A stretch of 64,000 bases of DNA from an uncultured Gemmatimonadales bacterium (GCA_963716255.1 OY970303.1:4256001-4320000), one strand, 5' to 3'. Counted from the first letter of the stretch, positions 50,238-61,166 are shown. Made by a program: numbers and translations. Notes: a model not told the origin generated them from the letters alone.

Positions 50238-50717
50238 TCAGGCCCGCTCCCAGAAGGCGGGCGGCTCGATCCCCAGCGCCCGCAGGTACACGTACCCCTG
50301 GCCGCGGTGGTGGATCTCGTTGTCGATCACGTACCAGACCAGCGCGTACACCGGTCCGGGCCACTGCCCGAAGGCGTTGTCCTCCTCCTGGAAGCGCTGC
50401 GGGGTGAGCTGCGGCCACACCCGGTCCATCTCTGCGGTGTCCTCGTCCCACTGGCGGAGGATCTCCGCCTTGGTGGTCGGCTTCACGGCCGTGGGCGCGG
50501 TCCACTCCCCGGTGGCCGCGCCCCGGGCGGTGGGAGCCGCCATGCGGATGAACTCCCAGGCCAGCTCCCCGAAGGTGCGCATTCCGCCGAGGGTGAAGCT
50601 GAACAGCGCGTCCTCGGGGAACGCTTCGATGACGCGGCGGGTGAGCTCCCGGTGCCCCTGCCAGTGCTTCAGCAGCTGCTCGGGGGTGATGACGGCGGCG
50701 GGTGCATCGGGTGCCAT
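50238..50717 (-). CDS. DinB family protein
   Basis: HWQGHRELT, MRTFGEL, DNEIHHRGQGYVYLR. Confidence 0.88.
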   Translation of the reverse strand: MAPDAPAAVITPEQLLKHWQGHRELTRRVIEAFPEDALFSFTLGGMRTFGELAWEFIRMAAPTARGAATGEWTAPTAVKPTTKAEILRQWDEDTAEMDRVWPQLTPQRFQEEDNAFGQWPGPVYALVWYVIDNEIHHRGQGYVYLRALGIEPPAFWERA

Positions 50718-50810
50718 GGCGGACCTCCACTGGACGGGTGAGGGCGATCAGGAGGGTACGGCGGCCCGAAGATAAGGCGAAGATTCGTGGACGGCAAGCG
50801 ATCGCCGCGG

Positions 50811-52475
50811 CTATTCCAGCAGGGCGCGCGAGTCCGCCGGGTCCACGCCGGCCGGCAGGTCCAGTCCGCCGGCCGCCAGCCGGCGCGCCGCGGCGGCTTC
50901 GGCGCGCCCGTCCCCGGCGTCCGCCGCCCACTGCGCGTGGCGGGCGAGGAGCCCGGCCTCCACCGCGCGTCCCAGCGTCAGGGCGAAGCGGCGCGCCCCC
51001 GCTTCGGTCTCCTCCCGCCCGGCGACCGCCGCGGCGCCCAGCCACTCCCCGGCCCGGTCGGCCGCGGCGAGCGCCTTCCCCGCCACCGCCGAGAGCCCGG
51101 GATCGCGGATGGCCGCCGCGCAGCGCTCCAACTCCGCGCGCACCGGCTCCACGCCCCCGGCGGACCGCATGGCCCGCAGCGCGTCCAGCGCCAGCACGTT
51201 GGTGGTCCCCTCCCAGATGGCGAGCACCTGCGAGTCGCGCAGGAGCACGGGGATCCCCGTGTCCTCCACGTACCCCGCGCCCCCGAACGCCTCCACGACT
51301 TCGCTCGCCACCGCGACCGACTGGCGCGCCGTGGTCAGCTTGGCGAGCGGCGTGAGGACGCGCAGCAGGCGCGCCTCGTCCTCCGTGGCCTCCCCCGCCT
51401 CCGCCGCGCCCAGCAGCTCCACCGCGCGGAAGGTGAGGTGCAGCGCCCCCTCGAATTCCGCCTGGAGCCCGGCCAGCGTGTCCACGTGCAGCGGCTGCTC
51501 GGCCAGCGGCGCGCCGAACGCCACCCGGCGCCGGGCGTAGTCGCGCGCCAGGGCCGTGCCACGCCGCATCAGCGCCACCGCGCTCACCGCGTTCCAGGTG
51601 CGCGTCACGTTGAGCATGGGGGCGATGCTGCGCACCCCGTTGTCCAGCCCGGCCACGGGAACGGCCGGCGCCCCGTCCAGCGTCAGCTCGGCGGTGGGGA
51701 GCTTGCGCGTCCCCAGCTTGTCCTTGAGCCGGTCCACGCGGATCCCCCGCAGCCGCCCCTCCGCGTCGCGCGTCTCCACGTAGAAGAGGGCCAGCCCCTT
51801 TCCGCCCGGTCCGTTCCCCTCCGGCCGCGCCAGCGTCAGCGCCATCTGCGAGGCCGCGGCGGAGGTGAACCACTTGCGTCCGTACAGCCTCCATGTGCCC
51901 TCCGCGTCCCGCCGGGCCACGGTCTCCGAGCGGCCCACGTCGGAGCCGCCCGTGGTCTCCGTCATCCACTGCCCGCTCGTCCAGAACCGCGCCGGGTCGC
52001 GCGCGGTGAGGCGCGGCACGGCGCGCTCCACCAGCTCCCGGTTCCCGGAGGCCAGCAGGGTACGCGCGGCGCCGTCGGTCATCGCCAGCGGGCAGGAGTA
52101 GATGTCGGTGGACGGGGTGAACAGGTAGGCCAGCGCGAACTGGTGCACGCGGGAGAAGCGGCCGTGCGCGCGCTCGTACGCCGCGGCGACCACGCCGTGC
52201 TCCGCGGCGATACGCTCCCCCTCGCGCCAGAGCGGCGTCGGCTCGATGGCGTCCACGCGCTCGCCCCAGGCGCTCCACTGGGTGAGCCGCGGCTCGCTCA
52301 GCCGGTCCGCGAGCTGCGCCGGGTACATCTCGGCGGAGATGCGCCCCATCTCCCGCAGCGAGGGTTCCACGTCGCGCAGGATCTCCGGCGGGAGCAGGCG
52401 CGCGAGGAGCGAGCGGAGGGCGCGGTCCTCGTCGTACTGGTTGCCGAGCGCCGGCGCGTCCTGGAGGAAGGGCAT
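50811..52475 (-). CDS. Acyl-CoA dehydrogenase (AidB-like)
   Basis: CPLAMTDGA, GQWMTE.TGGSDV, KWFTSA, LKDKLGT, IWEGTTNV. Confidence 0.9.
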   Translation of the reverse strand: MPFLQDAPALGNQYDEDRALRSLLARLLPPEILRDVEPSLREMGRISAEMYPAQLADRLSEPRLTQWSAWGERVDAIEPTPLWREGERIAAEHGVVAAAYERAHGRFSRVHQFALAYLFTPSTDIYSCPLAMTDGAARTLLASGNRELVERAVPRLTARDPARFWTSGQWMTETTGGSDVGRSETVARRDAEGTWRLYGRKWFTSAAASQMALTLARPEGNGPGGKGLALFYVETRDAEGRLRGIRVDRLKDKLGTRKLPTAELTLDGAPAVPVAGLDNGVRSIAPMLNVTRTWNAVSAVALMRRGTALARDYARRRVAFGAPLAEQPLHVDTLAGLQAEFEGALHLTFRAVELLGAAEAGEATEDEARLLRVLTPLAKLTTARQSVAVASEVVEAFGGAGYVEDTGIPVLLRDSQVLAIWEGTTNVLALDALRAMRSAGGVEPVRAELERCAAAIRDPGLSAVAGKALAAADRAGEWLGAAAVAGREETEAGARRFALTLGRAVEAGLLARHAQWAADAGDGRAEAAAARRLAAGGLDLPAGVDPADSRALLE

Positions 52476-52490
52476 GTGCGGGTCTCCGGG

Positions 52491-53291
52491 TCAGCGCATC
52501 CGCTTCATCACCGTCTTCGCTGCGCGCACCACCAGCGAGCGCGGGAACATCCGCCCGGCGATGGTCCCAAGCCGGTTGAGCGCGCCGGGCACGACGGTGT
52601 GCTCCCCTGCGTCCAGCGCGCGCAGCGTGGCGGCCGCGACCTCCTCCGCGCTCATGATTCCCGGCGTGCGTCCGCTCACCTGGGTCCCCGCCACCTCCTG
52701 GAAGCCCGTGGCGACGGGGCCGGGGCAGAGCGCCAGCACCCGCACGCCGCTGCCGCGGCACTCCTCCGCCACCGCCTGCGTCAGCGACAGCACGAACGCC
52801 TTGCTTGCCGCGTACACGGCAAGGTCGGGGATGGGCTGGAACGCGGCGACCGACGCCACGTTCACGATCCCCCCGGAGCGCCGCGCCCGCATGGCCGGAA
52901 GCGCCAGGTGCGTAAGCTCCATCAGCGCCGTGCAGTTGAGGCGCACCATCTCCGCCTGCCGCTCCAGGGAAAGCTGGTCGAAACGCCCACTGAGCCCGAA
53001 GCCGGCGTTGTTCGCCAGCAGGTGGATCTCCCGCCCGTCCGTGGCTTCGATCCAGAGCACCCCCGCCGCCCCCGGCTTCCCCAGGTCCGCCGGCAGCGCC
53101 TCCGCATCCACCCCGTATGCACGCCGCAGCTCCCCCGCCAGCACGTGCAGCCGGTCCTCCCTGCGCGCGGCCAGCAGCACGTTCATCCCCCGCGCCGCGA
53201 GCGCGCGCGCGAGCGCCTCCCCGATCCCCGAGGACGCTCCCGTCACCAGCGCCCACCTGCCCGCGCAATCCCACGCGTCGCCGTCCGCCAT
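52491..53291 (-). CDS. SDR family oxidoreductase
   Basis: TGASSGIG, NNAG, YAASK. Confidence 0.92.
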   Translation of the reverse strand: MADGDAWDCAGRWALVTGASSGIGEALARALAARGMNVLLAARREDRLHVLAGELRRAYGVDAEALPADLGKPGAAGVLWIEATDGREIHLLANNAGFGLSGRFDQLSLERQAEMVRLNCTALMELTHLALPAMRARRSGGIVNVASVAAFQPIPDLAVYAASKAFVLSLTQAVAEECRGSGVRVLALCPGPVATGFQEVAGTQVSGRTPGIMSAEEVAAATLRALDAGEHTVVPGALNRLGTIAGRMFPRSLVVRAAKTVMKRMR

Positions 53292-53387
53292 TGCCCCTCT
53301 CCGTTTCCGTGGTCCGCCGAAGCGCTCCCCGCGTGTCCGCGCATTCTGTGCCCGTGCCCACGCGACAGCAATACGCCGGTCCGGCAG

Positions 53388-53455
53388 AATGGATAACGAT
53401 GCATTCGAGCGGTTGACAATCCGCGGTATGGATATAAATTCAAACGCATGAATAA
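53388..53455 (+). promoter_or_regulatory. arg operon promoter with ARG boxes (ArgR operators)
   Basis: TGGATAACGATGCA (53390-53403) and TGGATATAAATTCA (53429-53442) fit TGnATnnnnATnCA; TTGACA at 53413 and TAAATT at 53435. Confidence 0.75.
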
Positions 53456-54440
53456 CCGCGCCGTGGTCAGGGCGGGCGTACTCGGAGCCAACGGTTACAC
53501 CGGGCGCGAGGCCGTCCGCCTTCTTGCCCGCCACCCCAGGGTGGAGATCGTCTTCGCCACCTCGCAGAGCGAGGCCGGGCAGCCCCTGCGATCGCTGGAC
53601 CGCGCGGCGCCGGATCTCGCGCTGGTGAAGGCGGAGGACGCGGATCTCGCCGGGTGCGACGTGGTGCTCTCCTGCCTCCCGCACGGCGAATCGGCCCGGT
53701 GGGCGGAGCGGGCGCTGGCCGCGGGGGCCAGGGTGGTGGACCTGTCGGCGGACCTGCGCGTCCCCGGCGTGGACACGCCGGAGTGGGCGCGGGGGGCTGT
53801 CTACGGCCTCCCCGAGCTGCACCGGGAGCGCGTCGCCGGGGCCGGGCTGGTGGCGAACCCGGGGTGCTACCCCACGGCGGCGCTCCTGGCGCTGGCGCCG
53901 CTGCTGCGGGCGGGGCTGCTCGCCGGGCCGGTCATCGTCAACGCGGCCTCCGGGGTGACCGGGGCCGGGCGCTCGCCCAAGCGGGAGCTGCTCTTCGCCG
54001 AAGTGGCGGAGGACTTCCGGGCCTACGGGGTGGGGAACACGCACCGCCACCTCGCGGAGATGCGCGACCAGGCGGCCCGGCTGGCCGGCGGCGGCGCCCC
54101 GGAGCTGGTGTTCACGCCGCACCTGCTCCCCGTGCGCAGGGGGATCCTGGAGACGATCCAGGTGACGCTGCGCGAGCCGCTGGAGCGGCCGGAGGAGCTG
54201 TGGACCGCCGCCTACGCCGACGAGCCCTTCGTGGAGGTGACGCGCGGCCGGACCCCGTCGCTGGCGGACGTGGTGGGGAGCAACCGGGTGGCGGTGGGGG
54301 TGGCGGCGGTGGCCGGGGTCTCGACGCCCATGCTCACGGTGGTGGCGGCAATCGACAACCTGGTCAAGGGCGCCGCCGGGCAGGCGGTGCAGAACCTCAA
54401 CCTGATGTCCGGGCTGCCGGAAACGGAAGGGCTTCTGTGA
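53448..54440 (+). CDS. argC: N-acetyl-gamma-glutamyl-phosphate reductase
   Basis: GANGYTG, LPHG, DLSADLR, ANPGCY, DNLVKGAAGQAVQN. Confidence 0.95.
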   Translation: MNNRAVVRAGVLGANGYTGREAVRLLARHPRVEIVFATSQSEAGQPLRSLDRAAPDLALVKAEDADLAGCDVVLSCLPHGESARWAERALAAGARVVDLSADLRVPGVDTPEWARGAVYGLPELHRERVAGAGLVANPGCYPTAALLALAPLLRAGLLAGPVIVNAASGVTGAGRSPKRELLFAEVAEDFRAYGVGNTHRHLAEMRDQAARLAGGGAPELVFTPHLLPVRRGILETIQVTLREPLERPEELWTAAYADEPFVEVTRGRTPSLADVVGSNRVAVGVAAVAGVSTPMLTVVAAIDNLVKGAAGQAVQNLNLMSGLPETEGLL

Positions 54441-55207
54441 GCCGCGGGATCACGGTGGTGAAGGTGGGCGGCAACGAGGTGGACGACGCCGCCTGGACCG
54501 CGCGCCTGGCACGGGCGCTGGCGCGGCGCGGGGGCTCCACGGTGGTGGTGCACGGCGGCGGCAAGGAGATCACCGCCCTGCAGCGCGCCCTGGGCGCCGA
54601 GCCCGAGTGGCGCGACGGGCTGCGGGTGACCACCGACGAGTCGGTGCGCGCCGTCGCCATGGTCCTTTCCGGGGTGGTGAACAAGCGCCTGGTGTCCGCG
54701 CTGCTCACGGCGGGGATCGACGCGGTGGGGATCTCGGGCGAGGACGGCGGGCTGCTGCGCGCCGCCCTGCTGCGCGGCGGGGCGCTGGGACGCACGGGCG
54801 AGGTGGCGGAGGTGCGGACGCGGCTGCTGGCGGCGTGGCTGGAGCAGGGGCTGGTGCCCGTGGTCTCGCCGGTGTCGCGCGGGCCGGACGGCGGGCCGCT
54901 GAACGTCAACGCGGACGACGCGGCGGCGGCGGTGGCGGCGGCGATGGGCGCGACGGAACTGCTCTTCGTCTCCAACGTCCCCGGGGTGCTGGACGGCGGG
55001 GCCGTGCTCCCGGAGCTGGCCGCCGGCGAGGTGGAGGCGCTGATCGAATCGGGGACCGCGTCGGGGGGGATGGCGCCCAAGCTGCGGGCGGCGGCGCGGG
55101 CCGCGGCGGCCGCGGGGCGGGTGCGGATCGGCGGGCTGGAGATGCTGGAAGACCACGGGGCGGGGACGCGGGTGCTGCGCGCGCCGGTCCACGCCGGGAC
55201 CGCTTGA
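54437..55207 (+). CDS. argB: Acetylglutamate kinase
   Basis: VVKVGG, VHGGG, GLRVT, NVNAD, GGMAPK. Confidence 0.93.
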   Translation: MSRGITVVKVGGNEVDDAAWTARLARALARRGGSTVVVHGGGKEITALQRALGAEPEWRDGLRVTTDESVRAVAMVLSGVVNKRLVSALLTAGIDAVGISGEDGGLLRAALLRGGALGRTGEVAEVRTRLLAAWLEQGLVPVVSPVSRGPDGGPLNVNADDAAAAVAAAMGATELLFVSNVPGVLDGGAVLPELAAGEVEALIESGTASGGMAPKLRAAARAAAAAGRVRIGGLEMLEDHGAGTRVLRAPVHAGTA

Positions 55208-55218
55208 GGCGAACCATC

Positions 55219-56400
55219 ATGGCGACGGAAACCATCACGTCCGGCGGCGCCCTCCTGGGCGTCTACCGCCCCGCGGGCCCGGTGTTCGTGGGCGGCGAGG
55301 GGTCGCACCTCATCGCCGAGGACGGCGCGCGCTACCTGGACTTCACCAGCGGGATCGCGGTGAACGCCCTGGGCTACGGCGACCCGGACGTGGCCGCCGC
55401 CATCCGCGCGGCGCTGGACGCGGGGGTGATCCACGCCTCCAACCTGTTCCGCACCCGGCCGGCGCAGGAGCTGGCCGAGTGGCTCACGGCGCACTCGTTC
55501 GCGGACCGCGTCTTCTTCTGCAACTCCGGCGCGGAGGCCAACGAGGGGGCGATCAAGTTCGCCCGGCGCTGGGCGCGCGAGCAGGGCGACGAGCGCCGGC
55601 ACGAGATCGTCGCCTTCCGCGGCGGCTTCCACGGGCGCACCATGGGGGCGCTGGCCGCCACCGACCGCCCGGCGTACCAGGAGCCCTTCCGCCCGCTGAT
55701 GCCGGGGGTGCACTTCTGCGAGGTGGGCGACATCCGGGGCTTCGCCGAGCGGCTGCGCACCGGCCGCGTCGCCGCGGTGATCGTGGAGCCCATCCAGGCG
55801 GAGGGCGGCGTGCTCCCGGTGCCCGCGTCGTTCCTGCGCGCGCTGCGCGTTCTCTGCGACGAGGCCGGGGCCCTCCTCGTCTTCGACGAGGTGCAGGTGG
55901 GGCTGGGCCGCACCGGCTGGCTCTGGGCCCACGAGGCCGCCGGGGTGACGCCGGACGTGCTCACGCTGGCCAAGCCGCTGGCGGGCGGGCTCCCCATGGG
56001 CGCCGTGCTGCTCACCGAGCGCGTGGCCGAGGCGCTGCGCCCCGGCGACCACGGCAGCACCTTCGGCGGCGGGCCGCTGGTGGCGAGCGCCGCGCTGGCC
56101 GCCTGCCGCAAGATCGGCGACCCGGACTTCCTGGCCGAGGTGCGCCGCAGGGGCGGGCTGCTGTCCGACCTGCTGGGGGCCATGGCGCTGCGCCGGCCCG
56201 AGGTGGTGGCGGTGCGGGGGGCGGGGATGATCTGGGGGGTGGAGCTGGCGAAGCCGGCCGGGGAGGTGGTGGCCCGCGCGATGGACGCGGGGCTGCTGCT
56301 CTGCTCGGCGGGGCCGGACGTGGTGCGCATCGTCCCGCCGCTGGTGGCGACGGACGAGGAGCTTGCCAGGGGGATCGCGACGCTGGAGGAGGCGCTCTGA
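55219..56400 (+). CDS. argD: Acetylornithine aminotransferase
   Basis: [39 protein letters not shown]. Confidence 0.93.
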   Translation: MATETITSGGALLGVYRPAGPVFVGGEGSHLIAEDGARYLDFTSGIAVNALGYGDPDVAAAIRAALDAGVIHASNLFRTRPAQELAEWLTAHSFADRVFFCNSGAEANEGAIKFARRWAREQGDERRHEIVAFRGGFHGRTMGALAATDRPAYQEPFRPLMPGVHFCEVGDIRGFAERLRTGRVAAVIVEPIQAEGGVLPVPASFLRALRVLCDEAGALLVFDEVQVGLGRTGWLWAHEAAGVTPDVLTLAKPLAGGLPMGAVLLTERVAEALRPGDHGSTFGGGPLVASAALAACRKIGDPDFLAEVRRRGGLLSDLLGAMALRRPEVVAVRGAGMIWGVELAKPAGEVVARAMDAGLLLCSAGPDVVRIVPPLVATDEELARGIATLEEAL

Positions 56401-56945
56401 TGCTGATGGACAACAACGTGGAGCCCCCGTCCACCTGGACGGGAGGGCCTTTCGTCGCCGCGACGGAGGCGCTGGAGCGCCCCCGGGTGACGGTCCGCCC
56501 CGCGCGGGTGGCCGACATGAAGCAGGTGGAGCCGCTGATCAACGGCTTCGCGGCCCGGGAGCTGATGCTCGCGAAGACCATCGAGCAGCTTTCCCGCAAC
56601 TTCCGCGAGTTCGTGGTGGCGGAGACGGCGGACGGCCGCATCCTGGGGTGCGCCGCGCTGCGGGTGTACACGCCGCAGCTGGCGGAGCTGGGCTCGCTCG
56701 CCGTGCACTCCGACGCCCACGGGCTGGGCGTGGGGCGCAGGCTGGTGGAGCAGATCGAGGAGGAGGCGCGGACGCTGGGGATCGGGACGGTGTTCGCCCT
56801 GACGCTCCAGGACGTGTTCTTCCACAAGCTCGGCTACCGGACGGTGCAGAAGGAGATGTTCCCGCTCAAGGTGTGGGCGGACTGCCGGCAGTGCCCCAAG
56901 ATCAACGCCTGCGACGAGATCGCAGTCGTCAAGGAAGTCCTCTAG
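56400..56945 (+). CDS. argA: Short GNAT-type N-acetylglutamate synthase
   Basis: [20 protein letters not shown]...FF.KLGY, KVWADC..CPK...CDE; position within the arg operon. Confidence 0.8.
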   Translation: MLMDNNVEPPSTWTGGPFVAATEALERPRVTVRPARVADMKQVEPLINGFAARELMLAKTIEQLSRNFREFVVAETADGRILGCAALRVYTPQLAELGSLAVHSDAHGLGVGRRLVEQIEEEARTLGIGTVFALTLQDVFFHKLGYRTVQKEMFPLKVWADCRQCPKINACDEIAVVKEVL

Positions 56946-56962
56946 AGCCAGGAGACACTCGG

Positions 56963-58225
56963 ATGCCCAAGGAAACCATCGTCCTCGCCTACTCGGGCGG
57001 ACTCGACACCTCGATCATCGTCCCCTGGCTCAAGGAGAACTACGGCGCCGACGTGGTGTGCGTTGCCGCCGACGTGGGGCAGGGCGAGGAGCTGGACGGC
57101 CTGGTGGCGAAGGCCCTCGCCTCCGGCGCGAAGGAGTGCTACGTGGAGGACCTGCGCGAGGAGTTCCTGACGGAGTACGTGTGGCCCACGCTGCGCTCCG
57201 GCGCGGTGTACGGGCGCAAGTACCTGCTGGGCACCTCCATGGCGCGCCCCATCATCGCGCGCCGGCAGGTGGAGGTGGCCAAGCAGGTGGGCGCCGCGTC
57301 GCTGGCGCACGGCTGCACTGGCAAGGGCAACGACCAGGTCCGCTTCGAGCTGACCTACGCCTCGCTGGCTCCGGAGATGAAGGTCGTCGCCCCCTGGCGC
57401 GAGTGGGACATCCGCTCCCGCGAGGACGCGCTGGACTACGCGGCCGTGCACGGGGTGCCGGTGACGGCCACCCGCGAAAAGATCTACTCGCGCGACCGCA
57501 ACATCTGGCACGTCTCGCACGAGGGCGGCCCGCTGGAGGACCCGGACTTCGAGCCGCAGGAGGACATGTTCCTCCTTACCCGCTCGCCGGAAGACGCCCC
57601 CAATCGGGCCGAGTACGTCACCATCGGCTTCGAGCGCGGCTACCCGGTGTCGGTGGACGGCGAGGCGCTGGGAGCCGTCGCTCTCCTCGAGCGGCTGAAC
57701 GCGATCGGCGGGCTGCACGGCATCGGCCGCATCGACCTGGTGGAGGACCGGCTGGTGGGGATGAAGTCGCGCGGGATCTACGAGACCCCCGGCGGCACCC
57801 TGCTGTACGCCGCGCACTCGGAGCTGGAGCAGCTGGTGCTGGACCGCCGCACGCTGGCGCTCAAGGACGCCATCGCCCCGCGCTACGCGGACCTGGTGTA
57901 CGAGGGGCGCTGGTGGACCACGGAGCGCGCCGCCATGGACGCGCTGGTGGACGTGACGCAGGAGCACGTCACCGGCGAGGTGAAGTTCAAGCTGTACAAG
58001 GGCAACTACTCGGTGGCCGGCCGCAGGGCGGCGAGCTCGCTGTACGACGAGCGCTTCGTCACCTTCGGCGAGGACGACGTCTACGACCAGGCGGACGCCG
58101 CGGGCTTCATCCGCCTGTACGGCCTGCCCATGCGCGTCGCGGCGCTCAAGGCGCGCGAAGCCTCGGCGCCGGCCGGCCGCGCGGCGGAGTACGGGCGCGT
58201 CCTCACCGACGTAGCCGCGGACTGA
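56963..58225 (+). CDS. argG: Argininosuccinate synthase
   Basis: [34 protein letters not shown]. Confidence 0.97.
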   Translation: MPKETIVLAYSGGLDTSIIVPWLKENYGADVVCVAADVGQGEELDGLVAKALASGAKECYVEDLREEFLTEYVWPTLRSGAVYGRKYLLGTSMARPIIARRQVEVAKQVGAASLAHGCTGKGNDQVRFELTYASLAPEMKVVAPWREWDIRSREDALDYAAVHGVPVTATREKIYSRDRNIWHVSHEGGPLEDPDFEPQEDMFLLTRSPEDAPNRAEYVTIGFERGYPVSVDGEALGAVALLERLNAIGGLHGIGRIDLVEDRLVGMKSRGIYETPGGTLLYAAHSELEQLVLDRRTLALKDAIAPRYADLVYEGRWWTTERAAMDALVDVTQEHVTGEVKFKLYKGNYSVAGRRAASSLYDERFVTFGEDDVYDQADAAGFIRLYGLPMRVAALKAREASAPAGRAAEYGRVLTDVAAD

Positions 58226-58324
58226 TCGCGGGTGCGGGGGACGGAGCACGTGGCGGCGCCGTCCACGTGCTCCGTGCCTCGCCGTCCGTACCGTTTCGAA
58301 CCCATCTGACCGAGGGCATGCCCG

Positions 58325-59728
58325 ATGGCCGCCAACGCATCCGCCGCTCCCGTCGCCCGCCTGTGGGGCGGGCGCTTCGCCTCCGGGCCGTCGCCCGAGA
58401 TGGACCGGCTGAACCGCTCGCTCCCCGTGGACTTCCGCCTGTGGCGCGAGGACGTCGCGGGGAGCCAGGCGTGGGCGGTTGCCATCTGCACCGCGGGGGT
58501 GATCTCCCTGGCCGAGAGCACGCAGCTGCGTGCCGGGCTGGACCGCGTGGCCGCGCGGCTGGAGGCGTGGGGCCCCGCCGAGTGGGCCGCCGCGCCGGAC
58601 GAGGACATCCACTCGCTGGTGGAGCGCCTGCTGTACGAGGAGGCGGGCCCGGTCGCGGGGAAGCTGCACACCGGGCGCTCGCGCAACGACCAGGTGGCCA
58701 CGGACTCGCGCCTGTGGGCGTGCGGGGCGGCGTCGCGCCTGGACGCGGCGCTCCGCGACCTGCAGCGCGCGCTGCTGGAGCAGGCGGAGCGCCACCTGGA
58801 GACCGTGATGCCGTCGTACACGCACATGCAGCGGGCGCAGCCGGTGTCGGCGGCGCACTGGCTGCTGTCGCACGCCTGGCCGCTGGCGCGCGACCGGGAG
58901 CGGCTGGCCCAGGCCCGGGAGCGCACGGCGGTTCTCCCCCTGGGCTCCGGGGCCATCGCGGGGTGCCCGTTCCCGGTGGACAGGGTGATCCTCAAGGAGA
59001 CGCTGGGCTTCCACGCCCTGTCCCAGAACAGCATCGACGCCACCGCGGACCGCGACTGGGTGGCCGACCTGCTGTACGTGGCGGCCATGGTGGGGGTGCA
59101 CCTGTCCCGCCTGGGCGAGGACCTGGTGCTCTTCGCCTCCTCGGAGTGGGCCTTCGTGCGCCACTCGGACCGCTTCTCCACCGGCTCGTCGCTGATGCCG
59201 CAGAAGCGCAACCCGGACGCGATGGAGCTGTCGCGCGGCAAGGCGGGGCGCCTGGTGGGGGCGCTCACCGGCTTCCTGGCGGTGCTCAAGGGCCTCCCCT
59301 CCGGCTACAACAAGGACATCCAGGAGGACAAGGAGGCGCTGTTCGGGGCCTTCGACACGCTGGAGGCGCTGATCCCCGCGGTCGCCGGCACCGTGCGGGA
59401 GATGGAGATCGACACCGCACGCTGCGCCGCCGCCGTGGACGCGGGAATGCTCGCCACCGAGCTGGCCGACTACCTGGTGCGCGAGGGCGTCCCCTTCCGC
59501 GAGGCCCACGAGAAGGTGGGCCGGCTGGTCCGCCGCGCGGAGGCCGCGGGCTGCGGCGTGGACGAGCTGCCGCAGGCCGCCTTCACCGAGGTGTCCGCGG
59601 AGTTCGCCGGCGCGGACCTGGGGCTGCTGTTCGCGCCGGGGGCCGCGGTGAGCCGGCGCCGCGGCGTGGGCGGGACGGCGCCGGACGCCGTGCGCGAGCA
59701 GATCGTGCGGCTGCGCTCGGGGCTCTGA
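58325..59728 (+). CDS. argH: Argininosuccinate lyase
   Basis: LWGGRF, HTGRSRNDQV, GSSLMPQKRNPD. Confidence 0.97.
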   Translation: MAANASAAPVARLWGGRFASGPSPEMDRLNRSLPVDFRLWREDVAGSQAWAVAICTAGVISLAESTQLRAGLDRVAARLEAWGPAEWAAAPDEDIHSLVERLLYEEAGPVAGKLHTGRSRNDQVATDSRLWACGAASRLDAALRDLQRALLEQAERHLETVMPSYTHMQRAQPVSAAHWLLSHAWPLARDRERLAQARERTAVLPLGSGAIAGCPFPVDRVILKETLGFHALSQNSIDATADRDWVADLLYVAAMVGVHLSRLGEDLVLFASSEWAFVRHSDRFSTGSSLMPQKRNPDAMELSRGKAGRLVGALTGFLAVLKGLPSGYNKDIQEDKEALFGAFDTLEALIPAVAGTVREMEIDTARCAAAVDAGMLATELADYLVREGVPFREAHEKVGRLVRRAEAAGCGVDELPQAAFTEVSAEFAGADLGLLFAPGAAVSRRRGVGGTAPDAVREQIVRLRSGL

Positions 59729-59752
59729 CTCCTCGCGCGGGGCAGGGAGGTA

Positions 59753-59788
59753 CGGAGGGCGGGAGCACGCGAGTGCTCCCGCCCTCCG
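59753..59788 (+). terminator. Perfect 16-bp hairpin after argH
   Basis: CGGAGGGCGGGAGCAC-GCGA-GTGCTCCCGCCCTCCG; no U-tract. Confidence 0.45.
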
Positions 59789-59897
59789 CCGCTCCGGCGT
59801 TCCCCGGGCTCCTTGCCGCGGGCACTGCACGGAGCCTATTCGTGGGGCGCGGCGCGAAGACGAGCGGCGCCGGCCACATTCTTCGTGCGGAGCGCGA

Positions 59898-60410
59898 TTG
59901 ACCGTCCTGGAAACCGAGCGCTTGTCGCTTCGCCACCTCGCGGAGGACGACGCCGCATTCATCCTGGAGCTGACCAACGACCCGGACTGGCTGCGCCACA
60001 TCGGCGACCGGGGGATCCGCACCCTGGACGATGCCCGCGCCTACGTCCGCGACGGCCCGGCCACCAGCTACGCCCGGCACGGCTTCGGGCTGTACCTGGT
60101 GGAGCTCAGGGACGGCGCCGTGCCCGCCGGCATCTGCGGACTGCTCCGCCGGGACTGGCTGGAGGACGCGGACCTGGGCTTTGCCTTCCTGCCGCGGTTC
60201 CGGGGGATGGGGCTCGCCCTCGAAGCCGCGCGCGGGACGCTGGAGCACGGGCGGGAGGCGCTGGGACTGCGGCGGATCGCGGCGATCGTCTCCCCGGAGA
60301 ACGCCGACTCCATCCGCCTGCTGGAAAAGCTGGGGATGCGCTTCGAGCGCATGGCCCTGCCGCCGGGCGGCGACCGGGAGGTCTGCGTGTACGCGACGGG
60401 GCCGGCGTAG
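59898..60410 (+). CDS. GNAT N-acetyltransferase
   Basis: LETERLSLR, IGDRG, DLGFAFL, NADSIRLLEKLG; TTG start. Confidence 0.88.
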   Translation: MTVLETERLSLRHLAEDDAAFILELTNDPDWLRHIGDRGIRTLDDARAYVRDGPATSYARHGFGLYLVELRDGAVPAGICGLLRRDWLEDADLGFAFLPRFRGMGLALEAARGTLEHGREALGLRRIAAIVSPENADSIRLLEKLGMRFERMALPPGGDREVCVYATGPA

Positions 60411-60655
60411 AACACCTCGCGACCGCGGGCGTGGCGCGCTCCGGGGGGCTCCGGTGTTTGGGGTCGGCCGGGGGAGGCTCCTCCGGCGGTGCGACACCCG
60501 AAGGGACTCGCAGAGCACTCGCCCGCCGGTGGAGCAGGTCCGCAGGATCACGCGGGCTTCGAACAAACGCACCGCCTGCGGACCCTCCCCCGACCTCCCG
60601 GCGCAGATCGCAAAGGACACGGCAACGGCGACGACGACCCCGGACCGACAGGAAG

Positions 60656-60867
60656 CCCTCCCCCAGAATTGGGGGAGGGTGGCGAGCCTCAAGCGAGCCG
60701 GGTGGGCGACCCTGCCGACGCCAGCGCGAGCCCCGCGTGAGGGATTTCGGCCCGAAGGGGCGAGACCCGGCGGGGCTGTTTCCGCCGGGGCTCGACTCCG
60801 TTGAGCAGCGTCGTTTGCTGCTCTACGGAGCCGAAGCCCGACCCCGGCGCCAGCCGGGGACACGCCC
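60656..60867 (+). repeat. Repeat family C palindrome (60656-60706) followed by repeat family A copy 5 (60717-60867)
   Basis: CCCTCCCCCAGAATTGGGGGAGGG..., then the A scaffold. Confidence 0.88.
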
Positions 60868-60934
60868 GAGCCCAGTCCCTTCCCGCTGGAACCTGTCTCC
60901 TTTCATCCGATTCCAAAGGCTCACGGGGTGCCAC

Positions 60935-60963
60935 TTGCGAAGCGATGGCAACCCCGCTATACT
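60935..60963 (+). promoter_or_regulatory. Sigma70-type promoter for the metK leader
   Basis: TTGCGA-N17-TATACT. Confidence 0.7.
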
Positions 60964-60982
60964 CACCGCGTGCGACAGCGCA

Positions 60983-61027
60983 CCGCGGCGATTTCTTGCG
61001 ATTGCTCCGCGTTACAAATGTGCTAAA
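60983..61027 (+). ncRNA. SAM-II-type riboswitch aptamer
   Basis: P1 CGCGG/CCGCG, loop CGAUUU, UUGC pairing with GC(U)AA, AAAUGU-GCUAAA tail; upstream of metK. Confidence 0.75.
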
Positions 61028-61035
61028 CCGCCGCG

Positions 61036-61069
61036 GGGTCCCGCGCGGAAGCGCAGCGGGACCCTTTTT
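61036..61069 (+). terminator. Intrinsic terminator, expression platform of the first aptamer
   Basis: GGGTCCCGC...GCGGGACCC-TTTTT. Confidence 0.75.
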
Positions 61070-61105
61070 GACATCCATAGTCATCCGGCCCGGCGACACG
61101 CGGGC

Positions 61106-61166
61106 GGAGCGAGTGCTTTGACCGACAGCTTGGCGGGCTCGCTCCCGAAACGGAAACCCGCCTAAA
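61106..61166 (+). ncRNA. SAM-V-like (SAM-II superfamily) riboswitch aptamer
   Basis: P1 GGAGCGAG/CUCGCUCC, UGCUUUG loop, UUGGCGGG pairing with CCCGCC(U)AA, small CCG-AAA-CGG hairpin before the tail. Confidence 0.6.

Noticed and set aside
49477..53361. Very long Arg/Gly/Pro-rich ORFs (e.g. 1294 aa here, also 56942-60022 and 57058-59901)
   Set aside because: Shadow or antisense frames of real genes in high-GC DNA, with no recognisable motifs
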